In this document: piece by piece, positions 9,791 to 18,803 of the stretch
How the letters are laid out: each line of letters opens with the position of its first letter
Position numbering within the stretch: position 1 is the first letter of the stretch
Origin: an uncultured Desulfobacterales bacterium
GTDB taxonomy: Bacteria > Desulfobacterota > Desulfobacteria > Desulfobacterales > Desulfobacteraceae
Length of the DNA: 64,000 bases
NCBI GenBank assembly: GCA_964593725.1
Contig: CAZQJS010000007.1
Span: forward strand, 20,828 to 84,827
Direction: 5' to 3'
Position numbers and translations under genes: made by a program
Notes under the pieces: generated by a model
What the model was told of the DNA's origin: nothing
Database searches by the model: none
What the model saw: the letters and a program-made list of their open reading frames with translations, nothing else

Positions 9791-10888
9791 TCAGAATTGT
9801 TCCGGACAGTCAAGTCTATCTTTAACCCTGGATATTGCAGGAATGATAGTCTGAGTACTGTCAACTCCGGAAATCGATCTGATTTTTTTGTCAACAAATT
9901 CCCCAATGGTTTCTGCGTCTGAGGACAAAAGATCGCGTACTAACATAATTTTAATGAGAATATCTATATTTCCATGTACTGAGTGAACCTCTGTCACACC
10001 TTCCACTCTGTATATTTTATCAACAACTCTTCTCTCCATTGCCCCTTTGACCTTTACAAAAATAAAGGCTGTAATTGTGCGCTTCATTTCTGGATATTCA
10101 GGGTCACTTTTTTCAAGCATCATACTCCTGAATTTTTCCATATCGCCAGGTAAATGTTTATACAGCCCTATCCCATACCTGCGTTTGGATTTACGCCTCC
10201 AGTGGGTATGGGATACATAGGTATAAAGATCTGCAATTGTGCGGCCCGGAAATAATTTTAATAGTCCGCCCCTTTTAATGATTTGTGTAAGCGGTGTATA
10301 AACTGTATCGTACCAGTCTGCTGCAGCTCTTGTTATATCAATATCTCTGGCCGACTCTGACTTTAAAAAATTCAAATGCTTTTTTATCTGTTTTTCAAGG
10401 TATCTGTATTTTCCAACTTCAGTAAGCTCTATTTCATCCGGCAGCCCTGTTTTTTCCAAAAACCTGACTTTTTCCATATATAACAAATTCTCCAGATTTT
10501 TTTTTGAGGATATAAGCTCGGTTACCCTGGCCAAAATCTCTTCACGCCCAAGGCTCTTAGCTGCTGCAACACGGTGATTACCATCAAGAATATAGAACTC
10601 ATCCCTGATTCTGTAAAGTTTAACCGGCGGCAGGGGTGAATTGTTCATCATTGCCTGGTAAATGGCTTTAAATCTTGCAGAATTCTCCTGCTGCCTTAAT
10701 CTGAAACGTGAATCAAAATCTTTATACTTACCTACACTGCCAACTATTTTATCCACCTTAACATTGAAAATACCCTGTTCAACAATCCTGCAATCGTCTT
10801 CTCTTGCCTCTGCGTCATGGAAAGACTTTACACAACCGGATTTTCTGCTTTTATTAAAACAGAAAAAATTATTTAAAAAACCGCCCAT
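9791..10888 (-). CDS. Fusion protein: ParB/sulfiredoxin-like N-terminal domain plus a Lrp/AsnC-type RAM ligand-binding C-terminal domain
   Basis: The N-terminal region VKLYRIRDEFYILDGNHRVAAAK resembles the ParB/Srx fold motif. The C-terminal ~80 aa (AFIFVKVKG...VEGVTEVHSVHGNIDILIKI) resemble the AsnC C-terminal RAM domain. There is a 2-nt gap to the upstream gene. Confidence 0.45.
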   Translation of the reverse strand: MGGFLNNFFCFNKSRKSGCVKSFHDAEAREDDCRIVEQGIFNVKVDKIVGSVGKYKDFDSRFRLRQQENSARFKAIYQAMMNNSPLPPVKLYRIRDEFYILDGNHRVAAAKSLGREEILARVTELISSKKNLENLLYMEKVRFLEKTGLPDEIELTEVGKYRYLEKQIKKHLNFLKSESARDIDITRAAADWYDTVYTPLTQIIKRGGLLKLFPGRTIADLYTYVSHTHWRRKSKRRYGIGLYKHLPGDMEKFRSMMLEKSDPEYPEMKRTITAFIFVKVKGAMERRVVDKIYRVEGVTEVHSVHGNIDILIKIMLVRDLLSSDAETIGEFVDKKIRSISGVDSTQTIIPAISRVKDRLDCPEQF

Positions 10889-10889
10889 T

Positions 10890-11516
10890 TCAATACTCCA
10901 GAATGTTGTATCCGCAGGTGTTTATAACTTTTGTTTTTCCGTAAAGAGTAACACGATCTTCCGGGTTGTTAAAGTGTTTATGTATATGTCCGTGGATAAA
11001 ATATCCAGGATTGTATTTATTAATTAAATCAATGAAACATTGAAACCCTCTATGGCATAAATCCTCTGCATCATGGATCTGCCTGGGTGGGGAATGGGTG
11101 ATCACAATATCAACCCCTCTGTTTTTCATAAGGGAAAACCACATGGTTCCAACGATTTTTTTCATCTCTTTTTCCGTATACTGATTTTCATTACCATTAT
11201 ACCAGTTGGAACCTTCAAAACCTAAAATTCTTAAACCATTAACCAGGACAAGCCGTTTATGAATATCAGTACACCCTTCTGGTTTGTATCTGCCATGGCG
11301 GATGTCATGGTTCCCTTTTACATAATAGAGAGGAGCGCTGATCTTTTCCTGTAAATAAATAAGATACTCCTGGGCAAGATCCCCGCAGGATAATATAAGG
11401 TCAATTCCGGGCAGGCTTTCCTCCCTGATTCTCTGATCAAGTGAGTTTTCAATAAAATCGGAAACTGTTAAAATTTTCATGGTATTTAATTTTAAAATAT
11501 TTATCATATCATTCAA
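10890..11516 (-). CDS. Calcineurin-like metallophosphoesterase (YfcE-like)
   Basis: Motifs D-x-H...GD...GNHD...GH-x-H in the expected order (ILTVSD, CGDL, GNHD, HGHIH). Confidence 0.7.
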   Translation of the reverse strand: MNDMINILKLNTMKILTVSDFIENSLDQRIREESLPGIDLILSCGDLAQEYLIYLQEKISAPLYYVKGNHDIRHGRYKPEGCTDIHKRLVLVNGLRILGFEGSNWYNGNENQYTEKEMKKIVGTMWFSLMKNRGVDIVITHSPPRQIHDAEDLCHRGFQCFIDLINKYNPGYFIHGHIHKHFNNPEDRVTLYGKTKVINTCGYNILEY

Positions 11517-11585
11517 GTAAATATTTGTAAAACCTTAAAAGAATGATATATATTTCCTTTAAACAAAAACCAGAAGGATAGAATC

Positions 11586-11987
11586 ATGGACATAAAAATA
11601 AAAATTCGGGGATATCATACTGATTTATACAGGCATGTTAACAATGCAAGATATCTTGAATTCCTGGAAGAGGCCCGTTGGCAGATAGTTGAAGAATATA
11701 TGGATATTAATGATTTTATACAAAATGACTTGAGTTTTTATGTGGTAAATATCAATATTTCCTATAGAAGCCCTGCAATGGTAAATGATATTATCCTGAT
11801 CAAGACAGGCCTGCATAAAATCGGCCACAGAAGCGCTGTGTTTAAACAGGAAATTATAAATACAACCACAGGAAAAACATCTGTTCAGGCAGATATTACC
11901 TTTGTTGTTGCTGACAAATCAGGAAAAGCGATTCCATTGGCAGGCAAGGTAAAAGAAATTCTTAAACAGATTCCAGCAATAAAATAA
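11586..11987 (+). CDS. Acyl-CoA thioesterase, hotdog fold (YbgC/4HBT family)
   Basis: 133 aa. The N-terminal hotdog pattern (RGYHTDLYRHVNNARYLEFLEEARW) is typical of 4HBT thioesterases. Confidence 0.65.
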   Translation: MDIKIKIRGYHTDLYRHVNNARYLEFLEEARWQIVEEYMDINDFIQNDLSFYVVNINISYRSPAMVNDIILIKTGLHKIGHRSAVFKQEIINTTTGKTSVQADITFVVADKSGKAIPLAGKVKEILKQIPAIK

Positions 11988-12011
11988 CCTTTTCAGATTC
12001 AGGAACCAGAT

Positions 12012-13613
12012 ATGATCACAATACTTGATTATGGAGCAGGAAATGTAAGAAGTGTTATTAATGCAGTTGAAGCCCTTGGGCATAAAGTCCGGCTTGCAGA
12101 TAAGGCTTCAGATATTTTAAATGCCGAAAAAATCATTTTTCCAGGCGTGGGTCACTATGGAAGCATGATAAAAACACTGAAACAAAAAAATTTTTTTACA
12201 CCCCTAAAAACTTATCTGGAGGAGGATCGCCCTTTTCTTGGCATTTGTCTTGGGTTTCAATCCCTTTTCCAGGGAAGCGAAGAATTTGACTTTCATGCCG
12301 GTTTTAACATTCTTCCAGGAAGTGTCTGCCGTTTTAACATCAAACTTGCAGTGCCCCATATTGGATGGAACAGTATAAATATCAAAAAAGAGTCCTTTTT
12401 ATTTCAAAATATAGATGAAAAGACTCGATTTTATTTTGTACATTCATACCATGTCCAGGCAGACAGACAATCTGATATTCTTACAACAACACCCTATGAA
12501 ATTGAATTTATCAGTGCTGTCAGCCATGGCAATATCATTGGTGTCCAGTTTCACCCTGAAAAAAGCGGAAAACCTGGTCTTCAGTTTTTAAGCAATTTCA
12601 TTTCCATGGAAAATAACATTAATGTGAAAAACATTGACTCCTGTTTCACTTTGTCAAGCAGGCGCGGCCTTGCTAAAAGAATTGTTGCCTGCCTTGATGT
12701 AAGGTCCAACGACCAGGGAGACCTTGTTGTTACCAAGGGTGACCAATATGATGTAAGGGAAAAGGGTGATGTCAGAAACCTTGGTAAACCTGTAAAACTT
12801 GCAAGGGATTATTATAATCAGGGAGCTGATGAGATAACCTTTCTCAATATAACCGGGTTCAGGGATTTTCCCTTAAAAGATATGCCCATGATAGATGTTT
12901 TAAGGGCAACCTCAAAAAATGTCTTTGTTCCTTTGACCATTGGCGGAGGAATCAGGGATTATACTGACAGCAATAACAGATCATACCAGGCCATTGAGGT
13001 GGCCGAAGCCTATTTCAGGGCTGGTGCCGATAAAATATCCATTGGAAGTGATGCTGTTCACATTGCCCTTGAATATATCAAAACCAGTGAGTTAACAGGA
13101 AAAAGCTCCATTGAGCAGATCTCAAAAATATATGGAAACCAGGCTGTTGTAATCTCCATTGACCCTGTGAAGGTGTGGGTTGATTCCATGAATTTAAAAA
13201 AGATATCGTCAAACCATACTATTATTTCATCTTCTGAAACCGGACCCGGTGGTGAAAAACACTGCTGGTATCAATGCACTGTCAGGGGAGGACGTGAAAA
13301 AAAAGATATTGATGTGGTCAGTTTTGCTAAAATTTGTGAAAAACTTGGTGCAGGTGAACTGCTCATTAATTCAATTGACAGGGATGGAACAAATCTTGGA
13401 TTTGATCTTGATTTGATAAATTGTATAAAAAACAGTGTTTCAATTCCGGTCATAGCATCCAGCGGGGCTGGCAGTGAAGAACATTTTTATAAGGTTTTTA
13501 CAGAAACAAAGAGTGAAGCAGCCCTTGCTGCAGGAATTTTTCACAGAAAGGAGATACCCATTAAAAGGGTAAAAGATTACCTTGCTGCCCGGCAGATTAC
13601 CATTAGAATATGA
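12012..13613 (+). CDS. hisHF: Bifunctional imidazole glycerol phosphate synthase: fused HisH glutaminase and HisF cyclase, eukaryotic HIS7-type
   Basis: 533 aa. The N-terminus has the class-I amidotransferase triad context (GICLGFQ, HSY, FHPEK). The C-terminal HisF barrel has long insertions (ACLDVRSNDQGDLVVTKGDQYDVREKGDVRNLGKP... EKHCWYQCTVRGGRE) that I recall from fungal His7, not from bacterial HisF. Confidence 0.85.
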   Translation: MITILDYGAGNVRSVINAVEALGHKVRLADKASDILNAEKIIFPGVGHYGSMIKTLKQKNFFTPLKTYLEEDRPFLGICLGFQSLFQGSEEFDFHAGFNILPGSVCRFNIKLAVPHIGWNSINIKKESFLFQNIDEKTRFYFVHSYHVQADRQSDILTTTPYEIEFISAVSHGNIIGVQFHPEKSGKPGLQFLSNFISMENNINVKNIDSCFTLSSRRGLAKRIVACLDVRSNDQGDLVVTKGDQYDVREKGDVRNLGKPVKLARDYYNQGADEITFLNITGFRDFPLKDMPMIDVLRATSKNVFVPLTIGGGIRDYTDSNNRSYQAIEVAEAYFRAGADKISIGSDAVHIALEYIKTSELTGKSSIEQISKIYGNQAVVISIDPVKVWVDSMNLKKISSNHTIISSSETGPGGEKHCWYQCTVRGGREKKDIDVVSFAKICEKLGAGELLINSIDRDGTNLGFDLDLINCIKNSVSIPVIASSGAGSEEHFYKVFTETKSEAALAAGIFHRKEIPIKRVKDYLAARQITIRI

Positions 13614-13619
13614 ACTTCC

Positions 13620-13648
13620 TTGACTTTTTATTTTTGTTCTTATAGATT
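13620..13648 (+). promoter_or_regulatory. Candidate sigma70 promoter for the B12-riboswitch operon. TTGACT sits at 13620-13625, with a weak -10 (TATAGA/TAGATT) about 16-17 bp downstream.
   Basis: Read directly. Lies immediately after the hisHF stop. The -10 element is weak. Confidence 0.3.
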
Positions 13649-13654
13649 TAATTT

Positions 13655-13930
13655 TTAGCCAGGTGCTGCCTTGGGCAGATAATAGGGAATCCTGTGAGAG
13701 TCAGGGACGGACCCGCCGCTGTAATCGGGGATGAGGGCTTTACAAATCACTGTAAATAAAAGCGCTTAAAAGCCGTTAATTTATGGGAAGATAAAACCTG
13801 AACATGATCCGAGAGTCAGAAAACCTGCCTGCTGAATAAATAACCCAGGATGGACGAGGAGTAAAACCGGGGTGTGAAATATGGAAAATACGGTCCCATA
13901 TCGATGGCTTCGATATGGGTTTTTTTTGCC
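13655..13930 (+). ncRNA. Cobalamin (adenosylcobalamin) riboswitch with an intrinsic terminator expression platform
   Basis: The conserved core GGGAAtcCTGTGAgAgTCAGGgaCgGACCCGCCGCTGTAAtcGGGGATGA is present. Downstream there is an 11-bp stem hairpin (CCCATATCGAT ... ATCGATATGGG, centred ~13895-13920) followed by a run of 8 T. It precedes a BtuCDF/cbi operon. Confidence 0.8.
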
Positions 13931-14104
13931 TGGCAACAGGGTTTGATTTTTTTAGAAAAAGGAGTTGAAAATGTCATGAAAAACCACAGGATATTAAGCT
14001 TGATATATTTTTGTTTTTCAACAATGACAGCTCTTTTACTCCAAAAGCCTGAAAATCAAATTCTGTTTTCCTAAATTTAAAAAGAGCAGCATTATGATAT
14101 ATTT

Positions 14105-15265
14105 TTGCACACCCGGCCAATATGTTTCACATGGAACATTATTTCATTTTTCCCCATTACATGGATTTTTGTTCCTGGAAAAGTTTTAACGAGGATTGGC
14201 TGTTTGAATTTTAAAATTAAAGCCATAACTAAAAAGAGAACAGGGACTCTGGTGACTCTGTTCTCTTTTGCTTTAGTCATAATGATTATCCTGTCTTCTG
14301 CCATGGGTTATGTTGACATGGAGTTTACAGATATTGTTAAGATAATCCTGTGGAAAATCACAGGCAATACAGATTTTGTCCTGCAGATAGACAGAACAGC
14401 CCGTGTAATAGTAACTGATGTGAGATTACCGAGGATTTTGACCTGCGCTGCAGTTGGAGGCGCCCTTGCAGTTTCAGGTGCTTTGTTCCAGGGCATATTA
14501 CTGAACCCTCTTGCAGACCCTTATACCCTTGGAGTTTCTGCTGGTGCTGCCTTTGGCGCCTGCATTGCAATCCTGCTTAATCTCGGTGCAGCTTCTGTGT
14601 CAACCCCTTTGTTTGCATTTTCAGGTGCTGTCACAACCCTTTTCCTGGTTATTTTTCTTTCCGGATCTTCCGGTAAAGACGGTCATAAACTCAGTTCCAA
14701 CAACCTTATATTATCGGGCATAATAATTGCTGCAATTTTATCTGCCGGCATTAGTTTTTTAAAATATATGGCTGATGAACAGGTTTCTGTTATAATTTTC
14801 TGGCTCATGGGAAGCTTTGCTTCAAAAACCTGGTCAGACCTTTTTGCAGTATCAGGTTTTCTGCTGTTTGGTTTTTTAATTTCAATTTATTATGCAAGGG
14901 ATTTAAATCTTATTTCCCTTGGGGAAAAAGCTGCTTCAAGCCTTGGTGTTGATATAAAAAAAGTTACGATTATCCTTCTTGTAACCGGCTCTCTTCTTGC
15001 AGCTGTTTCTGTTTCAGTTTCCGGAATTATCGGTTTTGTCGGGCTTCTTATTCCACATATGGTGAGGATAGTTACTGGCCCTGACAATCTGAAAGTTATT
15101 CCTGTTTCCATGATAGCAGGAGCCCTGCTGCTTCTGTTTGCTGACACTATTACCAGGGCAGTGCTTGTCCATGAAATCCCAATTGGTGTATTAACTGCTT
15201 TAATCGGAGGCCCTGTTTTCTGCTGGATTTTTAAAAAAAGCCACCAAAAACAGGAAGGATTATGA
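14105..15265 (+). CDS. btuC: FecCD-family ABC permease, corrinoid/B12 importer BtuC-like. The true start is probably downstream of the listed Met.
   Basis: Multi-pass hydrophobic protein with a FecCD signature region (GLLIPHMVR, ALIGGPVF). The 386-aa ORF is ~50 aa longer than typical. The first ~60 aa look non-conserved. Confidence 0.75.
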   Translation: MHTRPICFTWNIISFFPITWIFVPGKVLTRIGCLNFKIKAITKKRTGTLVTLFSFALVIMIILSSAMGYVDMEFTDIVKIILWKITGNTDFVLQIDRTARVIVTDVRLPRILTCAAVGGALAVSGALFQGILLNPLADPYTLGVSAGAAFGACIAILLNLGAASVSTPLFAFSGAVTTLFLVIFLSGSSGKDGHKLSSNNLILSGIIIAAILSAGISFLKYMADEQVSVIIFWLMGSFASKTWSDLFAVSGFLLFGFLISIYYARDLNLISLGEKAASSLGVDIKKVTIILLVTGSLLAAVSVSVSGIIGFVGLLIPHMVRIVTGPDNLKVIPVSMIAGALLLLFADTITRAVLVHEIPIGVLTALIGGPVFCWIFKKSHQKQEGL

Positions 15266-16059
15266 GAATTAAAGTAAAAGAACTCAGTTTTTCATATACA
15301 AGGAACAAAGATTACCCTGGTTTCAGGAAAAATATTGATAATATTAATATTGAGTTTGAACAGGGTATGTTTTATTCCATACTTGGGCCCAATGGAAGCG
15401 GTAAGACAACTTTTCTTGATCTTCTTACAGGATATTTAAAACCAGATTCAGGCGGCATCTTTTTTGATAACCAGAACATCTCTTCCTTTTCCAAAAAAGA
15501 GATGGCAAAAAAAACAGCTCTTGTATCCCAGGATTATTATATAAATTTTCCATATACAGTCAGGGAAGTTGTCAGCATGGGACGGCATCCGTATATTGGC
15601 AGGTTTTTCTCCCTGGATCACCAGGAAACAAGTTTAGTTGATTCAATTGCCAGAAGAACCGGCATTTCAGATTTAATGGACAGGAAAATAACCTGTCTTA
15701 GCGGAGGAGAGAGGCAAAGGTCTGTTTTTGCAAGAGCACTATGCCAGAAAACCCCTGTTCTGCTGCTTGATGAAGCTTTTTCCAATATGGATATCAACCA
15801 TACTTTTCATCTTCTCCATGAAATTAAAAAAGAGATTTCAGACAATAATATTATGGTAATTTCAGTATCCCATGACCTGAATTTTGCATCAATCTGGTCA
15901 GACAGAATTCTCTTTTTAAAAAACGGTAAACAGGCTGCCTTTGGCACACCTGATGATGTTTTAGAAGAGGAAATTATCAAAAAAGTATATGATATTGAAG
16001 CAAGGATTGAAAAGAATAAATTTGTAAATGCAAAGCAGGTTTTTTTTAATCTTTCTTAA
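15262..16059 (+). CDS. btuD: ABC transporter ATP-binding protein (BtuD/FecE-like)
   Basis: Walker A GPNGSGKTT, ABC signature LSGGERQR, Walker B LLLDEAFS. 4-nt overlap with the permease. Confidence 0.85.
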   Translation: MRIKVKELSFSYTRNKDYPGFRKNIDNINIEFEQGMFYSILGPNGSGKTTFLDLLTGYLKPDSGGIFFDNQNISSFSKKEMAKKTALVSQDYYINFPYTVREVVSMGRHPYIGRFFSLDHQETSLVDSIARRTGISDLMDRKITCLSGGERQRSVFARALCQKTPVLLLDEAFSNMDINHTFHLLHEIKKEISDNNIMVISVSHDLNFASIWSDRILFLKNGKQAAFGTPDDVLEEEIIKKVYDIEARIEKNKFVNAKQVFFNLS

Positions 16060-16073
16060 ATTACGGGGCTGCC

Positions 16074-16991
16074 ATGACTAAAAATATTAAAATAACAGCA
16101 ATGATTTCATTTTTTATTTTTTTGTTTATGTGTGGTACAGGTTTAACCACAACCATTATTGACAATGCCGGAAGATCCATTGTTTTTGACAAGCCCTTTA
16201 AAAGGATAATATCTCTCTATGGCGCACACACTGAAAACTTGTTCCATATTGGTGCAGACAGACAGGTTATAGGCGTATCTGTAAATGATTCTTTTCCAAA
16301 ACAGGTAAAAGAAAAGCAGCGGTTTTCATACCATGATGATGCAGAAAAATTTATTGCTGCCTCCCCGGACCTGATTCTTATTCGCCCCATGATCGACAAG
16401 GGGTATAAAAAACTTTTTAAAAGCCTTGAAAAGCTTGGTATTCAAGTAGTATCACTGCAGCCTTCCAATATTGATGAAATGTACAAATACTGGATAAAGC
16501 TTGGGCAGTTGACAGGAAGACAAGACAGCGCAGATACCATGGTAAAGGAATTTAAACAACAATTAAAATATTTTAAAAACATTAATTTAAAAATAGAGGA
16601 AAAAAAACAGGTCTATTTTGAAGCTATTCATTCCAGAATGAAGACTTTTACCCGGAATTCAATGCCTGGCTTTGTTTTACAAACTGCAGGCGGTATAAAT
16701 ATTGCCATTGATGCAATACCTTCCCGTAACAGTAATATTGCAATTTATGGAAAAGAAAAAATTCTTTCCCATGCACGTGAAATTGATGTTTTCCTTGCAC
16801 AAAAGGGGATTATGAACAATATATCCAGAGAGACCATTGTTAATGAACCGGGTTTCAGTGTTATTAAAGCTGTCAATAACAACCAGATTTTTCTCATTGA
16901 TGAAGAGATAATATCACGCCCTGTATTCAGATTGTTAAAGGGCATAAAAACCATTGGCTGCATTCTCTATCCAGAATTTTATAAGGACTAA
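16074..16991 (+). CDS. btuF: Periplasmic substrate-binding protein, BtuF/FecB class III (corrinoid-binding)
   Basis: Signal peptide. Size and gene context with the FecCD permease and ATPase under a B12 riboswitch. Confidence 0.65.
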   Translation: MTKNIKITAMISFFIFLFMCGTGLTTTIIDNAGRSIVFDKPFKRIISLYGAHTENLFHIGADRQVIGVSVNDSFPKQVKEKQRFSYHDDAEKFIAASPDLILIRPMIDKGYKKLFKSLEKLGIQVVSLQPSNIDEMYKYWIKLGQLTGRQDSADTMVKEFKQQLKYFKNINLKIEEKKQVYFEAIHSRMKTFTRNSMPGFVLQTAGGINIAIDAIPSRNSNIAIYGKEKILSHAREIDVFLAQKGIMNNISRETIVNEPGFSVIKAVNNNQIFLIDEEIISRPVFRLLKGIKTIGCILYPEFYKD

Positions 16992-17025
16992 TATTATACT
17001 TTAATTTTATTTAAAAGGTTTTTCC

Positions 17026-17733
17026 ATGAGTAAAATCGGAACATTGTTTGGAATCGGTGTAGGCCCGGGTGATCCTGAGCTCATTACCAAAAAAGCTATC
17101 AGACTTATCAATGAAGCAGATGTTATTTTTTCTGCTGCATCAACAAAAAACAATTACAGCCTTGCTTTAACCATTGCAAAGCCATATATTTCCAACAATA
17201 CTGATATTAAAAGTTTGTCTTTCCCAATGATTAAAGATAAAGTTGAAAGTCAAAAGGCATGGGATTCAAATGCCAGGAAAATATCAGATTTTTTAAAAAA
17301 AGGGAAAAATTGTGCTTTTATAACACTTGGCGACCCTGTTACCTATTCAACTTTTGGGTATATCCTCACTGCAATGAACATGATTATGCCCCAGGCGCCT
17401 GTGGAGATTGTTCCTGGTATCACATCCTTCCATGCCGCAGCTGCAAGGTGCAACAGAATACTTGTGGAAGCTGAAGAGACCCTGGCCGTAATGTCGGGCG
17501 CCTATGGCGGCAGAAATATCCGTGCCATTGCAGACAAAGTTGACAAACTTGCAATAGTTAAAGCATATAAAAACACCAGGGACATTAATCAAGCCCTTCA
17601 GGAGACTGGTTTTTATGAAAAAAGCATTGCTGTTTCAAAGTGCGGGAGAAAAGGGGAAAAAATTACAGATAATTTAAAAAAACTTGAACAGCGCAGCCCT
17701 GACTACTGGACATTGATCCTTGCAAGCAAATGA
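17026..17733 (+). CDS. cbiL: Precorrin-2 / cobalt-factor-2 C20-methyltransferase
   Basis: Tetrapyrrole methylase N-terminal motif GIGVGPGDPELIT. ~235 aa, sized as CbiL/CobI. Confidence 0.8.
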   Translation: MSKIGTLFGIGVGPGDPELITKKAIRLINEADVIFSAASTKNNYSLALTIAKPYISNNTDIKSLSFPMIKDKVESQKAWDSNARKISDFLKKGKNCAFITLGDPVTYSTFGYILTAMNMIMPQAPVEIVPGITSFHAAAARCNRILVEAEETLAVMSGAYGGRNIRAIADKVDKLAIVKAYKNTRDINQALQETGFYEKSIAVSKCGRKGEKITDNLKKLEQRSPDYWTLILASK

Positions 17734-18803
17734 AAGCAAAAAACATTAAATTCAGATATATCCTGATCTCTTCCACCATTACTGTTTTAATGCTGGTTAT
17801 CACCATTTCCAGCACCAGTATTTCCTTTGATTACATTGTAAAAAGGCTTATCATCCCAATCTTGCGGCTGCTTTTATTTATCTTTATTGGACTTGGGTTG
17901 GGACAGACCATTGAAAACCTTGGCCTGACAAAATATTTAGCACTACTTGCAAGACCTGTTTTTAAATTTTCAAAACTTGGTGACAGGTGTGCTGCTGCCT
18001 TTATCTCTGCCTTTTTCTCTGGTGTTGTTGCCAACAGTATGCTCATTGATTTTTTTAAAGAGAAAAAAATTTCAAAAATGCAGCTTTTTTTAACCAATTA
18101 TTTAAATCAACTCCCTGCCTATTTTCTCCACCTTCCCACAACTTTTTTTATTGTTTTACCGTTAACAGGATTTGCAGGAGTAATTTATTTTATTCTTACT
18201 TTCAGTGCAACTCTTTTACGTTTTATGCTTTTCCTTATTTTTGGAAGATTTTATTTTCAAAAAAACAGGTCTTTAAACAACTCTTTTCATACTTTGGAAA
18301 ACAGGGAAACAAAAGATGTGGATAATAAAAAGGAGAATAAAACAATTAAGCTTAGAATACTTTCCTCTCTGAAAAAGAAGCTTATTCCCAGGATGACCAG
18401 TATTTTCATATGGTTAATTCCCATATATACACTTGTTTTCCTGTTAAATACCCTTGGCACATTTGATTATTTAAATAATTTAGTATCCTCTAAAATAAGC
18501 TTAACTTTTTTACCTGTACAATCAATATCCATTGTTGTCATAAGTTTTGCAGCTGAGTTTACTTCTGGATTTGCTGCTGCCGGAGCAATGATGGATGCCG
18601 GAATTCTTACGGTTAAGCAAACAGTCCTTGCTCTTTTACTTGGAAATATTGTAGCATTTCCTTTAAGAGCCTTAAGACATCAGATTCCAAGATATCTTGG
18701 AATCTTTTCCCCGAAAATGGGACTTGCCCTGCTTTTATCTGGCCAGGGTTTCCGTCTTTTAAGCTTAATAATTGCAGGACTGATATATTACATGGTGGGA
18801 TAA
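17730..18803 (+). CDS. Integral membrane protein with two nucleoside-recognition (Gate/FeoB-like) domains, embedded in the cbi operon
   Basis: 357 aa, 8-10 predicted TM segments. Two repeated regions (…FISAFFSGVVANSML… and …FAAEFTSGFAAAGAMMD…) resemble Gate-domain proteins. Overlaps cbiL by 4 nt and abuts cbiET. Confidence 0.5.
   Translation: MKAKNIKFRYILISSTITVLMLVITISSTSISFDYIVKRLIIPILRLLLFIFIGLGLGQTIENLGLTKYLALLARPVFKFSKLGDRCAAAFISAFFSGVVANSMLIDFFKEKKISKMQLFLTNYLNQLPAYFLHLPTTFFIVLPLTGFAGVIYFILTFSATLLRFMLFLIFGRFYFQKNRSLNNSFHTLENRETKDVDNKKENKTIKLRILSSLKKKLIPRMTSIFIWLIPIYTLVFLLNTLGTFDYLNNLVSSKISLTFLPVQSISIVVISFAAEFTSGFAAAGAMMDAGILTVKQTVLALLLGNIVAFPLRALRHQIPRYLGIFSPKMGLALLLSGQGFRLLSLIIAGLIYYMVG

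Noticed and set aside
13874-14304. Small ORFs (66-70 aa) between the riboswitch terminator and btuC
   Set aside because: They lie in the riboswitch-to-CDS leader and overlap the likely mis-called long N-terminus of btuC. There is no conservation signal. More likely non-coding.
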